Shown here one piece after another: positions 1-15,764 of a DNA stretch of 64,000 nt. The notes beneath the pieces were generated by a model. The model saw only the letters and a program-made list of their open reading frames with translations. It was not told the origin of the DNA and did not search any database. The stretch's first letter is position 1. Each line of letters begins with the position of its first letter. This DNA is from Octopus sinensis (Eukaryota): the NCBI RefSeq assembly GCF_006345805.1, contig NC_043006.1:95976001-96040000 (forward strand). The letters are read 5' to 3'. The position numbers and the translations under genes were made by a program.

Positions 1-95
1 TCTTTTAGAACAACGACTTCATGGCTTCAAGACACCAAAACAGAAATGGCTAAGAAAGCCCGAATTGGCATCTATAAAAGAAGTAACTCTCTAAA

Positions 96-152
96 AATGC
101 TTATATAGTTATTTCCCTTACAAACCCGAGCAACGCCGGGCGATACTGCTAG
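96..152 (+). mobile_element. Helitron 3' end (same family as 553-853)
   Basis: Hairpin CCCGagcaacgcCGGG, then 8 nt, then CTAG|T at 149-153; about 70 bp matches 781-853. Confidence 0.75.
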
Positions 153-552
153 TAACATATACAAAGCTGCAGTCTGCATTTTGAATTTATTTAAATAGAG
201 AAAGTTTACTTTTTAAAGAAAAGGTAAAAGCATCTATCTCCTAGCAAATCATGTGACCGTAAAGGCAGGTTATAATTTACATGAAAGATTAAGAAAGATT
301 AAAATGAGAGTCAGAGTACGACCACTGAGATTTATCAGTTTCTGCAGATCGTTTTTTGCATTTAAAGATCAAATCCCTTCTTTCGGCGTGAATGTTACTT
401 TTCATTACAGACTATTTCACTGATAAAAATCATATCAGTTGCTATTGTTGTTGTTGCTGCTGTCATCGTCGTTATAATCGAATACACCTATGATTAAGGA
501 GTGGAGCCAAAACCGTATCATAGTCTATACAAACCTATTTACAACTACGTTA

Positions 553-853
553 TCTATATATATAAAAGAAACGTTGTGTGGTGTCTGTCTCCTACGATTT
601 AGATTCCTAACTACTCCCACATTTTGCGGTGCAGTTTAACCAAAACCGGGTATCTTATAGTCGTGATTCAAATCGAGCCCTTCTGGGTATTAGCGCGCGT
701 CTACGATGAGTCTACGATTAAAAAAAAAATTATCATCATTTTTTTCCATGTTTAATGCATTTTTTTGCTATTATATCAGGGAAGTAACTCTCTAAAAATG
801 CTTATATAGTTATTTCCCTTACAAACCCGAGCAACGCCGGGCGATACTGCTAG
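553..853 (+). mobile_element. Complete non-autonomous Helitron (~300 bp)
   Basis: A|TCTATATATATAAAAG 5' end, subterminal hairpin CCCG...CGGG and CTAG|T 3' end, no TSD: the canonical Helitron termini. Confidence 0.85.
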
Positions 854-2285
854 TCCAATATAAAGTTGTTTTAAGATGCCAGAGTACATTTCAAGAACGA
901 TTTTTGTTGCTATTTCTAAGAGAATGTTTGTAAACATCCGTTAAAAATACAATCAGACATACTAACGAAGACATTTTTACATATGTTGCTGCTTTCGCAA
1001 TGTGTATGCTTGCCTTCAAATAAGTTCTACGCAATATCCATTACATTTAGGAATAATGAACGTTTTTCTAAATCTCACCTCAGTATGACCGTTTTTCCAT
1101 GTTTTACTCTGGGTATCATATAGTGTATTCAAGATAAAAAACACTGACGTGAACCGATTTTTCAAATCTCTCCTATATCCTGCTTGAGTGCAGTATATAG
1201 TAGGAATAATCTTATAATAAGTATATTTCTCTGATGTTCTGTATTATTTTATTATCAGTTTCACTTATGGCAGTGTACATTTGGAAGTTTTCACAGTTTA
1301 TACAAGATATTTGAATATTCTTTTATTCTTTGTTTTTATTCTTTTACTTGTTTCAGTCATTTGACTGCGGCCATGCTGCAGAAATGTATCGAGAAATGAA
1401 ATAAACACTGAAGCAAATGTAATTTATGAGCGCCTAAAATGTTGAAAATATTACAGATACCGGCAATACTCTCAAAAGAAAAAAGAAACCTTGTCTCATT
1501 GTCTTCACAATAGGAAATTTGGGCTGAAAATTTGCAAGCAAATTCATCTCCCGATTAGATTTTAGCTTCAGTTCAGCTTATTACCTGGTATCCTCCAAAA
1601 CAACACCCAAGAATATTCATATCTATGTTCCAGTATTTAAAGTCAATCCTCTATACAGCCATAACTTCCCATGGTCATTCACATCTCATTCTCATCTTTC
1701 GTAATCAGTTTCTTTCATTAAACCTCGTCTTTTTTCTTCTCTACCTCCTTTTCCTTCTCTTTTGCTCCCTATTCTCATTCCGTGCTTAATTTTCTATGTT
1801 CACCTCCTGCTTCTCACTCTGTCACTCTTGTTATTCCAAAATATCTGTCATAATGTAAAACTGCCCTTATATACAGAATTAGCTCTATCGTAAAGTATTC
1901 CTCTATGTTAATGAATGTCCAGAGAAGATAAAACAAGATTAAACATTTTACGAGACGAGATGCTTCTTATGTATTCGTCATTTAACCGTGAGAGAAAACG
2001 GTTGAAAACATAAAACGGTGACGAATAGCGTCTCAAAGCTGGTTTCGTTCTTGCAATATGATCCGCTCTAAAGGAAGTGAATTTGGTAATTAATACAACA
2101 AGAATGACAGGGGATAACTGTGGTTATGAGTTAGAAGGGAACACGCATTCGACACCAAAATTTGACAAGATTAGTTATTAGACTCATGTTACATTGAAAT
2201 ATTACAAGGCATTCACGTTAAAATACTGTTCTATTTCATGGAATTGTATATTTTTCGTTCGTTACTTCCTTTAGTGTATGCGATC

Positions 2286-4560
<2,275 letters not shown>

Positions 4561-4820
4561 CACATATATATATATACATATATACGACAGGCTTCTTTTA
4601 GTTTCCGTCTACCAAATCCACTCACAAGGCATTGGTCGGCCCGAGGCTATAGCAGAAGACACTTGCCCAAGATGCCACGCAGTGGGACTGAACCCGGAAC
4701 CATGTGGTTGGTTAGCAAGCTACTTACCACACAGCCACTCCTGCGCCTATGCGCATATATATATATATATATAATAAATCCCTGAACGAGGTATAGACAG
4801 TAACTGCACCACAATGTGAA

Positions 4821-4942
4821 GTATATTTGCCATCTAAATATGGCTAACCACTAAGGGTGGATGTTACTGTAGCTTGTACGGGGCTACAAGCTACAGTAAC
4901 ATCCACCCTTAGTGGTTAGCCATATTTAGATGGCAAATATAC
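4821..4942. repeat. Perfect palindrome, 58-bp arms, 6-nt loop
   Basis: 4821-4878 is the exact reverse complement of 4885-4942; the same family occurs at 19530-19630 and 46165-46480. Confidence 0.95.
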
Positions 4943-5173
4943 CTCCCACACATATATATATATATATGCAGTATATATATATATATATAATATATATATA
5001 TACATATATAAATTCAGGGTGAATACTTGATAAATGTAAGCACCTGTATATGCCAGCTAGTAGCAGAGGTGAGAGGATATATGTATCGAATGAAATAAAA
5101 CAGAACACCAAGGATGTCACAGTACACGTGTACCGCGACATCCTTTGTGTTCTGTTTCATTTCATTGATACAC

Positions 5174-5224
<51 letters not shown>

Positions 5225-5835
5225 TTATATATACATATATATATATATACACGTATATTATAGATAGATAAATAGATAGATAGATTTACCGACTGGCAGA
5301 CTAGTTAAGACATAAAATTTGAGAAGACTATCGCAAAGGACACAAACTACATACCTGTCGCCTTTTTTTCCGTGTTTAAAATGTCTTACACTGTTTCTAT
5401 TTGGATGTCAGCCATTAATCTATAATTATTCTAAATCTTGCAACTTAATAGTCGTCATTCTACACTTTACTATGTCACCGTACAAGAATAACCTCCCTTC
5501 TGGGGACTGGGAGAACTGTGAAATATCTGTGACGTATAATTCATATTTATTGCGTTCTATTTCTGCTTGATATGTGGTCGCTTTTCAGTCGTAAATTAAC
5601 AATGAAAAAGGCTGCCACGTTTTCCTAAAATCGATATATACTAGAATCAGAGGGGGCCGTAGAGACCCTATTATATACGTATTTATTTATACATTTATTG
5701 TTGTTTTGTATTTATCAGTCTTACACTAGTTTTATGATATCGAATATTGTTTGTGTTAATAATTACACTCATGCGATTATTACGTCTGTCTGTATATATG
5801 TACGTGCGTATGTGTGTGCATATATGTGTGTATAA

Positions 5836-5877
<42 letters not shown>

Positions 5878-6029
5878 GTGTGTGTGTGTGTGTGTATGTG
5901 TGTGTGTGCGCGCGTGTATATGTATGTATGTATGTATGTATATACATATATATATATATATATACATATGTATTTATGCATATAGTTGTCTATATGTATA
6001 TATATGTGCAAATATGTACAAAGACACAC

Positions 6030-6390
6030 CTTAACTGTGTGATGACTGGAAAACTTGGAGAGGGGTTACATGACTTTCTGAAAGATAGAAGTCAGGCAGT
6101 GGCGGCCAATGGAGCCACTTCAATGAAAACACAACTAGTGAGCTGTGTTCCACAGGGCACTGTCTTGGGATCACTGCTTTTTATAGTAGCCCTCTCAGGT
6201 ATGACCTTACCTGCCCTGATAGCCACCCTTACTAGTTACGCAGACGATACGAAAGTCTCGCAAAAAAATACAGAACCCCAACGATGTTGCACATCTGCAG
6301 TAGGAGTTGGACTCAATATACAGATAGGATGAGGATAACAACATGCAGTTTAATGCTGAAAAATTCCAAACCCTGCGCTACCAGCGTCCA
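6030..6390 (+). pseudogene. CR1/Jockey-group LINE reverse-transcriptase fragment
   Basis: Translates VPQGTVLGSLLFIV...YADDTK, then (frameshifted) NNMQFNAEKFQTLRY. Confidence 0.85.
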
Positions 6391-7651
6391 AATTTTTGTT
6401 GTCCTATTTAACAGTTACATATCCTCTGCGTAGGATATTTGCAATGGCTCCATAACTGTCGGCTCGGCTATAACCTTGGAGCCCTAGAAATCCGTAACAG
6501 CACTTACCTACCGTATCTAATCGTTTAGACCACCTGTGAACTAAACCCCCGTACTTTGTATATATGTATATGTTAGGAGTGAAGTATACAGGTGGGTAGC
6601 GTGCGAGCATTTAGTTATAATCCTAAATATGTTGAACAGCATCGTGTTGGAAGAAGAGTCAAAGATTTCTTAAGGTAAGTAGTTTATTTCAGTCGATGGA
6701 TAAAAACTTGAGTCCGTTTCGCTCCAGACCACAAAGTTGTAGAGTCTAATAACCAGTCGAAAATAACTGAAAGGCAATGCATTTGTGAGATGTATATAAC
6801 TTTAGAAAAATTATATAAACACATATAATTTATCTAAATAAATTCCATACACACACACACATACACATATATGTTTAAGTTTATATATATGATGGTATGA
6901 GCGTATATATATATATATGTGTGTGAGTATACATGTGTGTTTGTGTGTCTTTCTGTGTGTGTGAATACTTATTAAACTTTTTCAACTTATATATAAATGT
7001 ATATACGTATAAATATTTTTGTCTAAATCTACTTGGTGCAATAGTAAACTATATCGCACACAGACAGTGTCATAGAAATAATTATTTTTCTTGATAGTAC
7101 ACAGCAGTTTCTTTAGAATGCTTCTATATTTGCATATATTAAGATGAAATATAGAAGTGAAAAATATTTTAACAACACAAAACAGAGTTTGGCTGCCTCC
7201 TCTTGTCTATCATATATATATTTTCTTCTTATACATAAATTTATGCGTGTTTTTATAGAAATTTCAAAACTGAGTTTTACAGCTTCATTCACACCAAACA
7301 TTTAGATCGATATAAACAGTAGCTTTTATGGAAGAAGTTTGAATATAATATTACTGTAATATATATGACAGCTAGCGATAGAAGTTTTAAATGTCATAAT
7401 CATATTTCACTAAACGCCGTATGTAGGTGGACATGTATATATACATAGGTATGTGTGTGTGTATGCGTGTTCATGTGTGTCTATATACATATGTATATAT
7501 ATATGTACATGCATATGTGCATATACATATATATATATATAATATATATATAAAATATATATATATATATGTATATGTATATATGTGTATATATCTATAT
7601 ATGTGCGTATGCAATGTCTATATGCAATATATATATGTATATATACATGTT

Positions 7652-7705
<54 letters not shown>

Positions 7706-7751
7706 TACATATACATATATATATCTACATATATACATATACATATTTTAA

Positions 7752-7816
<65 letters not shown>

Positions 7817-8495
7817 TTATATATATATATATATATATGGATATATATGAAGGCAATCGCACAAAGACATATAGCATAGATTGGCGATGATAACAGTTAA
7901 AATGTTAGTGTTTATATGAACGGTTGCATAATTTAATTCGACATAGTGAAAAGCTGTAAGCAGTTGTAGAGTGTCTTTTTGCGTCGGTACGTCATTTCCA
8001 CACACACATACAAACACACACACATATATATGCACACACGTATTTATATATAAATACATTCATATATACCTACATATTTACATGCATATATATATATATG
8101 GTTATGCAGTATTGGTGGTGGTGTATGTGTGTGTGTGTGTATGTATATATACTTTTACTCTTTTACTTGTTTCAGTCATTTGACTGCGGCCATGCTGGAG
8201 CACCGCCTTCAGTCGAGCAAATCGACGCCGGGACTTATTCTTTGTAAGCTCAGTACTTATTCTATCGGTCTCTTTTACCGAACTGCTAAGTGACGGGGAC
8301 GGAAACACACAGCATCGGTTGTCAAGCATATATATAATATATATATATAATATATATATAATAATATATATATATCAACAATCAAGGAACGGCCATAATA
8401 GGCCATTCACCCACTAGAAATAACAGCCAAAGCTTCAACCGCAAAAAAAATCAATTCCGTAAACAGGAGAAAATTTAAAAAACATTTACCCTGTA

Positions 8496-8602
8496 ATTTC
8501 TTATACGATGCACCGTTTCATCTGCTGTTTAATGGCAAACTAACCTGATTAAATTAAATCAAGCCAATCTTCCATAGGCCCTCAGATTCTTCAGTAAGAA
8601 AT
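8496..8602 (-). ncRNA. Type I hammerhead ribozyme (inverted copy of 9002-9108)
   Basis: Reverse complement retains the same core and stems I-III as the plus-strand copy. Confidence 0.75.
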
Positions 8603-9001
8603 AGCCAAGTCGGAACAGATATTTACACGAGGCATTTCCGACCCTGCCAAGGTAATATCTGACCTAAAATTTTCAAATCATCGCAACTCGCGCCAAATTT
8701 ATCGGCAGCAAATAAATATAAGCCGTCGATTCCATTACGGAATTAACCAGAAAATTCATAATAATCAATATAGGGTGGCAAAAAAATTTTGCTGGTGGCA
8801 AAAAAATTCTACAAAATTTTTTTTTGCCACCCTATATTGATTAATTATGAATTTTCTGGTTAATTCCGTAATGGAATCGACGGCTTGATATTATTTGCTG
8901 CCGATAAATTTGGCGCGAGTGCGATGATTTGAAAATTTTAGGTCAGATATTACCTGCAGGGTCGGAAATGCCTCGTGTAAATATCTGTTCCGACTTGGGC
9001 T

Positions 9002-9108
9002 ATTTCTTACTGAAGAATCTGAGGGCCTATGGAAGATTGGCTTGATTTAATTTAATCAGGTTAGTTTGCCATTAAACAGCAGATGAAACGGTGCATCGTA
9101 TAAGAAAT
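9002..9108 (+). ncRNA. Type I hammerhead ribozyme with long stem II insert
   Basis: Stem I ATTTCTTA/TAAGAAAT (8 bp), core CTGAAGA 9010-16, stem II ATCTG/CAGAT, GAAA 9085-88, stem III ACGGTGCATCGT (self-complementary with G-U), GUA cleavage site after 9100. Confidence 0.8.
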
Positions 9109-9329
9109 TACAGGTAAATGTTTTTTAAATTTTCTCCTGTTTACGGAATTGATTTTTATTTGCGGTTGAAGCTTTGGCTGTTATTTCTAGTGGGTGAATG
9201 GCCTATTATGGCCGTCCTTGATTGTTGATGTTGAACTTAAAAATGGTCTATGACTATTTAATTTTTTCCCACTAGGCCGCTGGTGGCAAAAAAATCTACA
9301 AAATTTTTTTTTGCCACCCTATATTGATT

Positions 9330-9366
<37 letters not shown>

Positions 9367-9419
9367 CATGTACGTATGTATGTATGTATGTGTATATGTA
9401 TGTATGCATATGTGCGTAT

Positions 9420-9800
9420 GGATGTGAATGTGGTAAGAAACTTGCTTCCCTACCATATGGTTCTCGGTGTGTTCAGTCCCACTTCGTGACACTCCCTTAT
9501 TATAACCCCAGGCTGATCAAAGCCCTGCCCGTAGATCTGGAAAACGGAGAGAAAAAGAAACCTGTCGCATATGTTTGTGTGTGTGAATTCTTGTCGGCCA
9601 CCACCACTCGACAACCGATGTTGATGTGCTTACGTTACCGTAACTTAGCGGGCTACCAAAAGAGATCGATAAGATAAGTACAAGGCTTGGTGAAAAATAA
9701 AATTGCTGTGGTTGATTCATTCGACTAAAATTTCTCCAAGGCTGTGCTCCAGCATGGCCGCAGTCTAATGAGTGAAACAATTAAAAGAATAAAAGATAAA
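9420..9800 (+). mobile_element. SINE family A
   Basis: Head and tail similar to 4336-4748. Confidence 0.75.
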
Positions 9801-10787
9801 AATGCATGTGTGTGTTTATAAACATACAATGAGATATCATAACGATAAATTAATATTATGATATATTTAATACGTTATTATATAGGAAGCTAAATTAATT
9901 AAAAACCAAAATGTTAGAATACATAGAAAAGCGTGCAAAATAGTATCTACAATTGCTAGAAATAAGAGCTAAAAGTTATAACTCGAATAGCCACACAAAA
10001 TCAGCAACCTCATCAGATGTTCAAAGGGACTGACAGAGGCAAGCCACAATATTTTTCTCCAGCGAGATAAAACTCACTGAATGAAATAATTTGGTAAGAC
10101 CCTGTGCCATGATTTTCTAAATGAACCCCTAACTAACCAATTCTTTGTGGGTAAAATTTCAAGACAGAAGCTATGCAGAGGCCTCTCGCATCTGTATGCG
10201 TGCATGAATTTTTGTGTTGGTTGTGTGTTCGTGTTTGTGTGTGTTTGTGTTGGCGGTGGATAAAACTGAAGGGCCAGATGTAGGAAGTTACGTCATGTAA
10301 TTTACATTTCAAGAGTAATTTATCTCCCAAATCAACCAACAACTTCCTATCCTTATTTCAACATGATCCACCGACACTGAGAATCTGGCACTTAATGACG
10401 ACAACAGTTCTGGGCTGGGTGATTTCCCTTACAACATATCCATCCAGCCGGAACTAACGACACCGCTCTTACGTCACACATTCCACTATACAATGCATTG
10501 CAATAGATAGGCGCCTTCCCTGCTAATGCGTTGCAGACTTACAGCTTCACTCAAACGTTTCCCGACCTAAGTTGGGTTAAGTAAACTTGTGTGCAAATTT
10601 AAGAATTAACAGACCAAATCTTAATAGATATAAGACAAGCGCAGACGTGACTGTGTGCTAAGAAGCTCGCTTCCCAACCACATGGTTCAGAACTCAATCC
10701 CAATGCATGGCACCTTCGGCTTCTTTCTTCAGCTATAGCCTTCTGAGTGCATTGTGTAGACGGAAAACTGGAAGAAGACCGCCGTAT

Positions 10788-10828
<41 letters not shown>

Positions 10829-10829
10829 G

Positions 10830-10957
10830 TTGCTTCCGAACAACATGGTTCCCGGGTCAGTACTACTGCGTGGAACCTCTTCTGACCAAAGCCTTGTGTC
10901 TGGATTTGGTAGACGGGAACCGAAAAAAGCCGTCGTATATATATACATATACATGTG

Positions 10958-10992
<35 letters not shown>

Positions 10993-11290
10993 TGTGTGTG
11001 TGTGTGTGTGTGTGTCTGTATTGTGTGTGTGTGTGTGTGTGTGTACGTGTTTGTGTGCGCATGTGAGTTAGTGTGTCTACCTGTCTTTGTGCCTGCATTT
11101 ATCTCCCTACAACGATTAACCACCGGTGTTGGTGTGTTTATGTCCCTGTAAATTAGTGGCTCAGCAAAAGAGACCGATGAAATAAGTACTAAGCTTAAAT
11201 AGTACTGGAGCCGATTCCTTCATCTAAAAAATCCGTGAGGGTGTTGCCCCAGCATGGCCGCAGTCTGTCTGAAGCAAGCATGAAATATAA
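10830..11290 (+). mobile_element. SINE family A (further partial head at ~10620-10780)
   Basis: Conserved ...tggatttggtagacgggaaccgaaaaaagccgtcg, (CA/TG)n, and tail cagcatggccgcagtc. Confidence 0.75.
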
Positions 11291-11588
11291 AGTTGTAAAG
11301 AGTGAGATCAAAAATCAGAAATGCTCCGCTAAATGACAAAGCTGTATATGTTATGAATAATCATTGGTGCTCTAAGTGCGGGGAGCGCAAAAAATATTGA
11401 GAAGTGTTTGGAATAGATTTGTAGGAAAATTAAAATAAAACGCATCAAGAATACTGCATTACTTGGAAGTGCAGAGAGTCTCGGCCAAGTCATACAAGCT
11501 TGAAAAGAGTGTTCCAGCCTAGAACACGGGAAGTGAGCAGCAGGTACATTAATGACACCATCAAGCTATGTCACATATAATAATAATC

Positions 11589-11633
<45 letters not shown>

Positions 11634-11636
<3 letters not shown>

Positions 11637-13415
11637 CATCTCGTTTACATGGATGATAATTAAAGCTTTTTGCAAAAAATGATCAACAACTCAAGGGCTT
11701 ACTAGCGATAGTCAAACAATCAGTGACGACATCAGAATGCAATTCGGCCTCGAAAATGTGCAAAGGCTACTTTATCAAAGGAAAAATGACAGAAACATCT
11801 AACGTTAACCTTGACCAACAGAATGTCATAAAAGAACTAGACCGAGCGGAGAGCTACAAGTACCTAGGGGTAATTGAAGGGAACGGAATAAGGCATTCAG
11901 AGATGAAGGAAAGGATCAGGAGAGAATGCTATCGAAGAGTGAGAGCAATACTCAAGACAGAGCTGAATGCAAGAAACAGGATCGAAGCAATCAATGCATT
12001 AGCTATACCAGTCGTGACTTACAGTTTCAATATTGTTAACTGGTCAATTACTGAAATATGTCAGCTCGACAGAAAAATAAGGAAACTGTTGACAATGCAT
12101 AGAATGCACCACCCTAAGGCAGATACAGAACGACTCTATCTGCCAAGAAAAGAGGGAGCCGTGGTCTTTTGCAACTGGCAATAACAATGAAGATTGCTAC
12201 AATTGGCCTAGACACCTACCTGAAAAACTCTGAGGACTGGATGTTAAAACTTGTCTCAAAACATGAAAACAAGAAAGCATCATACTCAGTCACAAAACAG
12301 GCAAAGGAATATGTAAGTGAATTCCGAATACAACCAATTTCGGAATTAGAGATAGACATACAAGAAACAAGCACAAAAAAGCTAGGCGCATGAAAACCCG
12401 TGCCAAAACTGCGGCCTTGTAGATATTCTGAATAATAAATGGCAAGAAAACCTCTCTATGGCAAATACCCAAAGAGAGCGAATAATGCAGATATCGACAA
12501 AGCCCTGACCCATCAATGGCTAATGGCCTCTGGCTTAAAATCTGAAACAGAGGGGTTTATCATAGCAGCTCAAGATCAATGCCTACCAACAAGAAACTAC
12601 CAGGCCAACATATTAAAGATCAGAAGCAGTCCAACGTGTCGTGTATGCAAGCAACAAAATGAAACCATTGACCATGTGGTCTCCAAGTGCAGTCTTCTAG
12701 CGCGCCTACAGAGTATCTCAACAGGCACGATAGAGCTGGACATATATTCACTGGGTATCTGTAAAAACCTGGATTTGCCCCATGAAAAAAACTGGTGGGA
12801 ACACAAACCACCCCCAGTGCTTGAAAATGACCACATCTCACTCCTCTGAACTTCACCATTCAAACTGACAGGAAGATAGATGCAAATAGGCCAGACATCA
12901 TATTGAAAGACTTCAAACAAAGAATGCCTCCTCATTGATATGACTGTCCCAATCGATATAAACGTATCTGTCAGGACCTACCAAAAACTGAGCAAATATA
13001 AAGATCTTGAAATAGAAATCAGCAAAATGTGGAAGCTGAAGACTAAAACAATACCTGTTGTCAAGGTGCCCTGGGAATGATAGCAAAAGGGGCTGATAGC
13101 TACCTAACTCAGATACCAGGAAACCCAAAAATGGCAGAAGTTCAAAAGATAGTGCTCATGGGAACTGCTCATATCCTACGCAAAATACTCTCTATGTAAC
13201 CTCAAGGTTTAAAACAACCATAATTTTCGGTTTAAAAAAAAAAAAAAAAAAAACTTTTTTTTTTTTAGACATTCATTAGTTAAACATCCCCACCCCCCAA
13301 TATATGGCACACTAGGCATAACAACAACATGAACTTCCAACCCTGTTGTCTCTTGAGGTCTCTGGGTGAGACTTGGAGCCAACTTGTACAAATATAAAGC
13401 AAAAGTCAAACATAG
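11634..13415 (+). mobile_element. 5'-truncated R4/Dong-like RLE non-LTR retrotransposon in (TAA)n
   Basis: Frameshifted ORF running HLVYMDD..KLFAK, then the CCHC knuckle [47 protein letters not shown] and GTAHILRKILSM*; 3' UTR; (TAA)n on both sides. Confidence 0.9.
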
Positions 13416-13499
13416 AATAATAATAATAATAATAATAACAATAATAATAATAGTAATAATAATAATAATAATAAAATTATCTATTATTATTATAATAAA

Positions 13500-13536
<37 letters not shown>

Positions 13537-13639
13537 GTAATAATAATAATAATGATATAAAAATAATAATAATAATAATAATAATAATGATAATAATAAT
13601 AATGAAATAAAAATAATAATAATAATAATAATAAAAATG

Positions 13640-13695
<56 letters not shown>

Positions 13696-13696
13696 C
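13416..13696. repeat. (TAA)n microsatellite
   Basis: Direct reading of the sequence. Confidence 0.95.
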
Positions 13697-14334
13697 TTTT
13701 CTACTATAGGCACAAGGCCTGAAATCTTGGGGGGACATCGACTCCAGTGCATAACTGGTACTCAATTTATCGATCCCGAAAGGATGAAAGGCAAAGTCGA
13801 TTCTACCAACTCACCGCCTCAATAAAAACAACAACAACAACAACAATCGCTATAATTTTGTATTCTTTATACTATATTTCCTACCTTCAAAAAGTGTGCG
13901 TGCTTGCCTGTATATGTGTGCGTGTTAAGGTACGTGGTGTTGTGAATTGGTTTCGTGATTATGATGTCGCGGTTTCGATTTCTCGAACTGGTGGCACATT
14001 GCTTTTTCTTTTCTTTTTGAGCAAGTTATTTCATTTCATTTCAGTTTTCAACAGTCCATTCACTTGAAATTCTTTGCAGCCGAGTCAGGGGTAACGTTCT
14101 CTTCTTTCATAAATATTAACTACTTGATATTCCCCTGAGCTAGGACTAAAACGGTCTTCATCTTTGCTCCCGTCTGCTGAGACACTTAAAGCAGTTAGCA
14201 AACACATGGTGCACGCTGTCATTTGATACTAACCGTCGTTTTCAAGCGTCCGTTCGTCGCATGCTTCTGAATTATCCACAAACACCTTGCCTTACTCATA
14301 GAGCGATTTGGAAGCAACAGATAAAGTACCATAT

Positions 14335-14372
<38 letters not shown>

Positions 14373-15764
14373 TAAGCTGTTCTTGTTACTATTGTAGTTG
14401 CTGCAGCCGTTACTGCATCTTCTCCTGCAGTAGTTTTTCCGCTGATTTCTCGGTATTTATAAATTTAGTGGTGTTTAGATAATACACAAGGGGTTATTTG
14501 GCAGAGAAGACGAATCTTCTATATCAACAACTGCTAATTAACGCATTGGTTAATCAGTGTCATTGCAATTCCTTTAGCAAACATAATTACATTTTCTACA
14601 ATATAATTATCACTGGTAACGGAGCCGACATACTTCAAGTCTCAGACTTGCAAATTTTCATAGAAACTGCTGGCGAAAGTTCCTGAATTATAAGCGTTCT
14701 ATCTAATTCGCTGTGTGCGTGATAGCTACCATTTTTGTATTCCTGGTTTACGATGTGCCTTCGAAGAGAAAGTTGGCACATTAATATTATTATTATTATT
14801 GTTGTTGTTGTTGTTATTGTTGCTTTCGACACTGTAGTAGTAGTAGTAGTAGTAGCAGCAGCAGCAGTAGTAGTAGTAGTAGTAGTAGTGATAGTTGTTG
14901 TTGTTGTTGTTGCTGTTGCCGCTGCTGTCATAATTAGAGACGGTGAAAGACGGAGAGTTGACAGAACCGTTAAGTACTCCAGGAAAACTGCTTCGGGGTA
15001 TTTCATCCTACTTTCCGTTTTGAGTTCAAATTCCGCGTGGATGACTTTGTCTTTATCATTTTTGAGTCGATGTTATTAATAATCAGTCATGTATTGAGAT
15101 TGAGATAATCGACTTTTTCTCTCCCTTCAAAATTACTGGCCTCATACCAAAATTCGAAATAAGTATTTTCGCTACTGTTGAGGGATGCAGAGTGGTAAGG
15201 CCGTTGGGGCGTCGAGTAAAACGCTTGGTGCATTTTTATATTATGACATTTTATTTTCTGAATTCAAGTTTTGGCGAAGCCAACTTTGCTTTCCGTTCCT
15301 ATGGGATCGACTTCATCGACTTAACACCTTTCTTCAAAAATGACTGTTTTGTGCAGAAGTTAGACACCGTCAATTAGGTCTCTGTTGCATTTGATTTGCT
15401 CTCGTTCTTTACGTTTTGGGTTCAAATCCCGCCTAGTTCAGATTTTGCCTTCTATATTTTCGTGATAGAAAAATAAAATACAGCCCAGTGCTTAGATTTG
15501 CTGGTATCGAGTAAGCCTCTCTCCTCGAGTTTTTGCCGGTCTTGTACCTGAAATGAAAGCCTTGCTGATTTTCCCAGAAAATTACATTAAATGTATATTT
15601 GGGGGAATAGAAGTTTATGATTAAGTACAAGACAAAAGCTATACAGAATGTACATAGTTAACTTTTGTTTTGCTTATAACGATTTCCTTAAAACTGCTTG
15701 TCTTTGACAAACAAATATACGGTTATTTCCCTTTTCTTAGAAATGGTCAATGCCATCAACAAGG

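Larger units (their letters stand above)
8374..9333. repeat. Inverted copy + 488-bp monomer + partial tandem copy of an HHR-bearing repeat
   Basis: 8374-8790 is the near reverse complement of 8813-9229; gctggtggcaaaaaaa recurs at 8791 and 9279. Confidence 0.9.

Noticed and set aside
9990-10040. CTGATGA on the minus strand near 10010
   Set aside because: No GAAA or stem III follows the weak downstream helix.
14085-14222. 45-aa minus-strand ORF MTACTMCLLTALSVSADGSKDEDRF... with a signal-peptide-like start
   Set aside because: Short, hydrophobic core marginal, no homology recognised; expected by chance.
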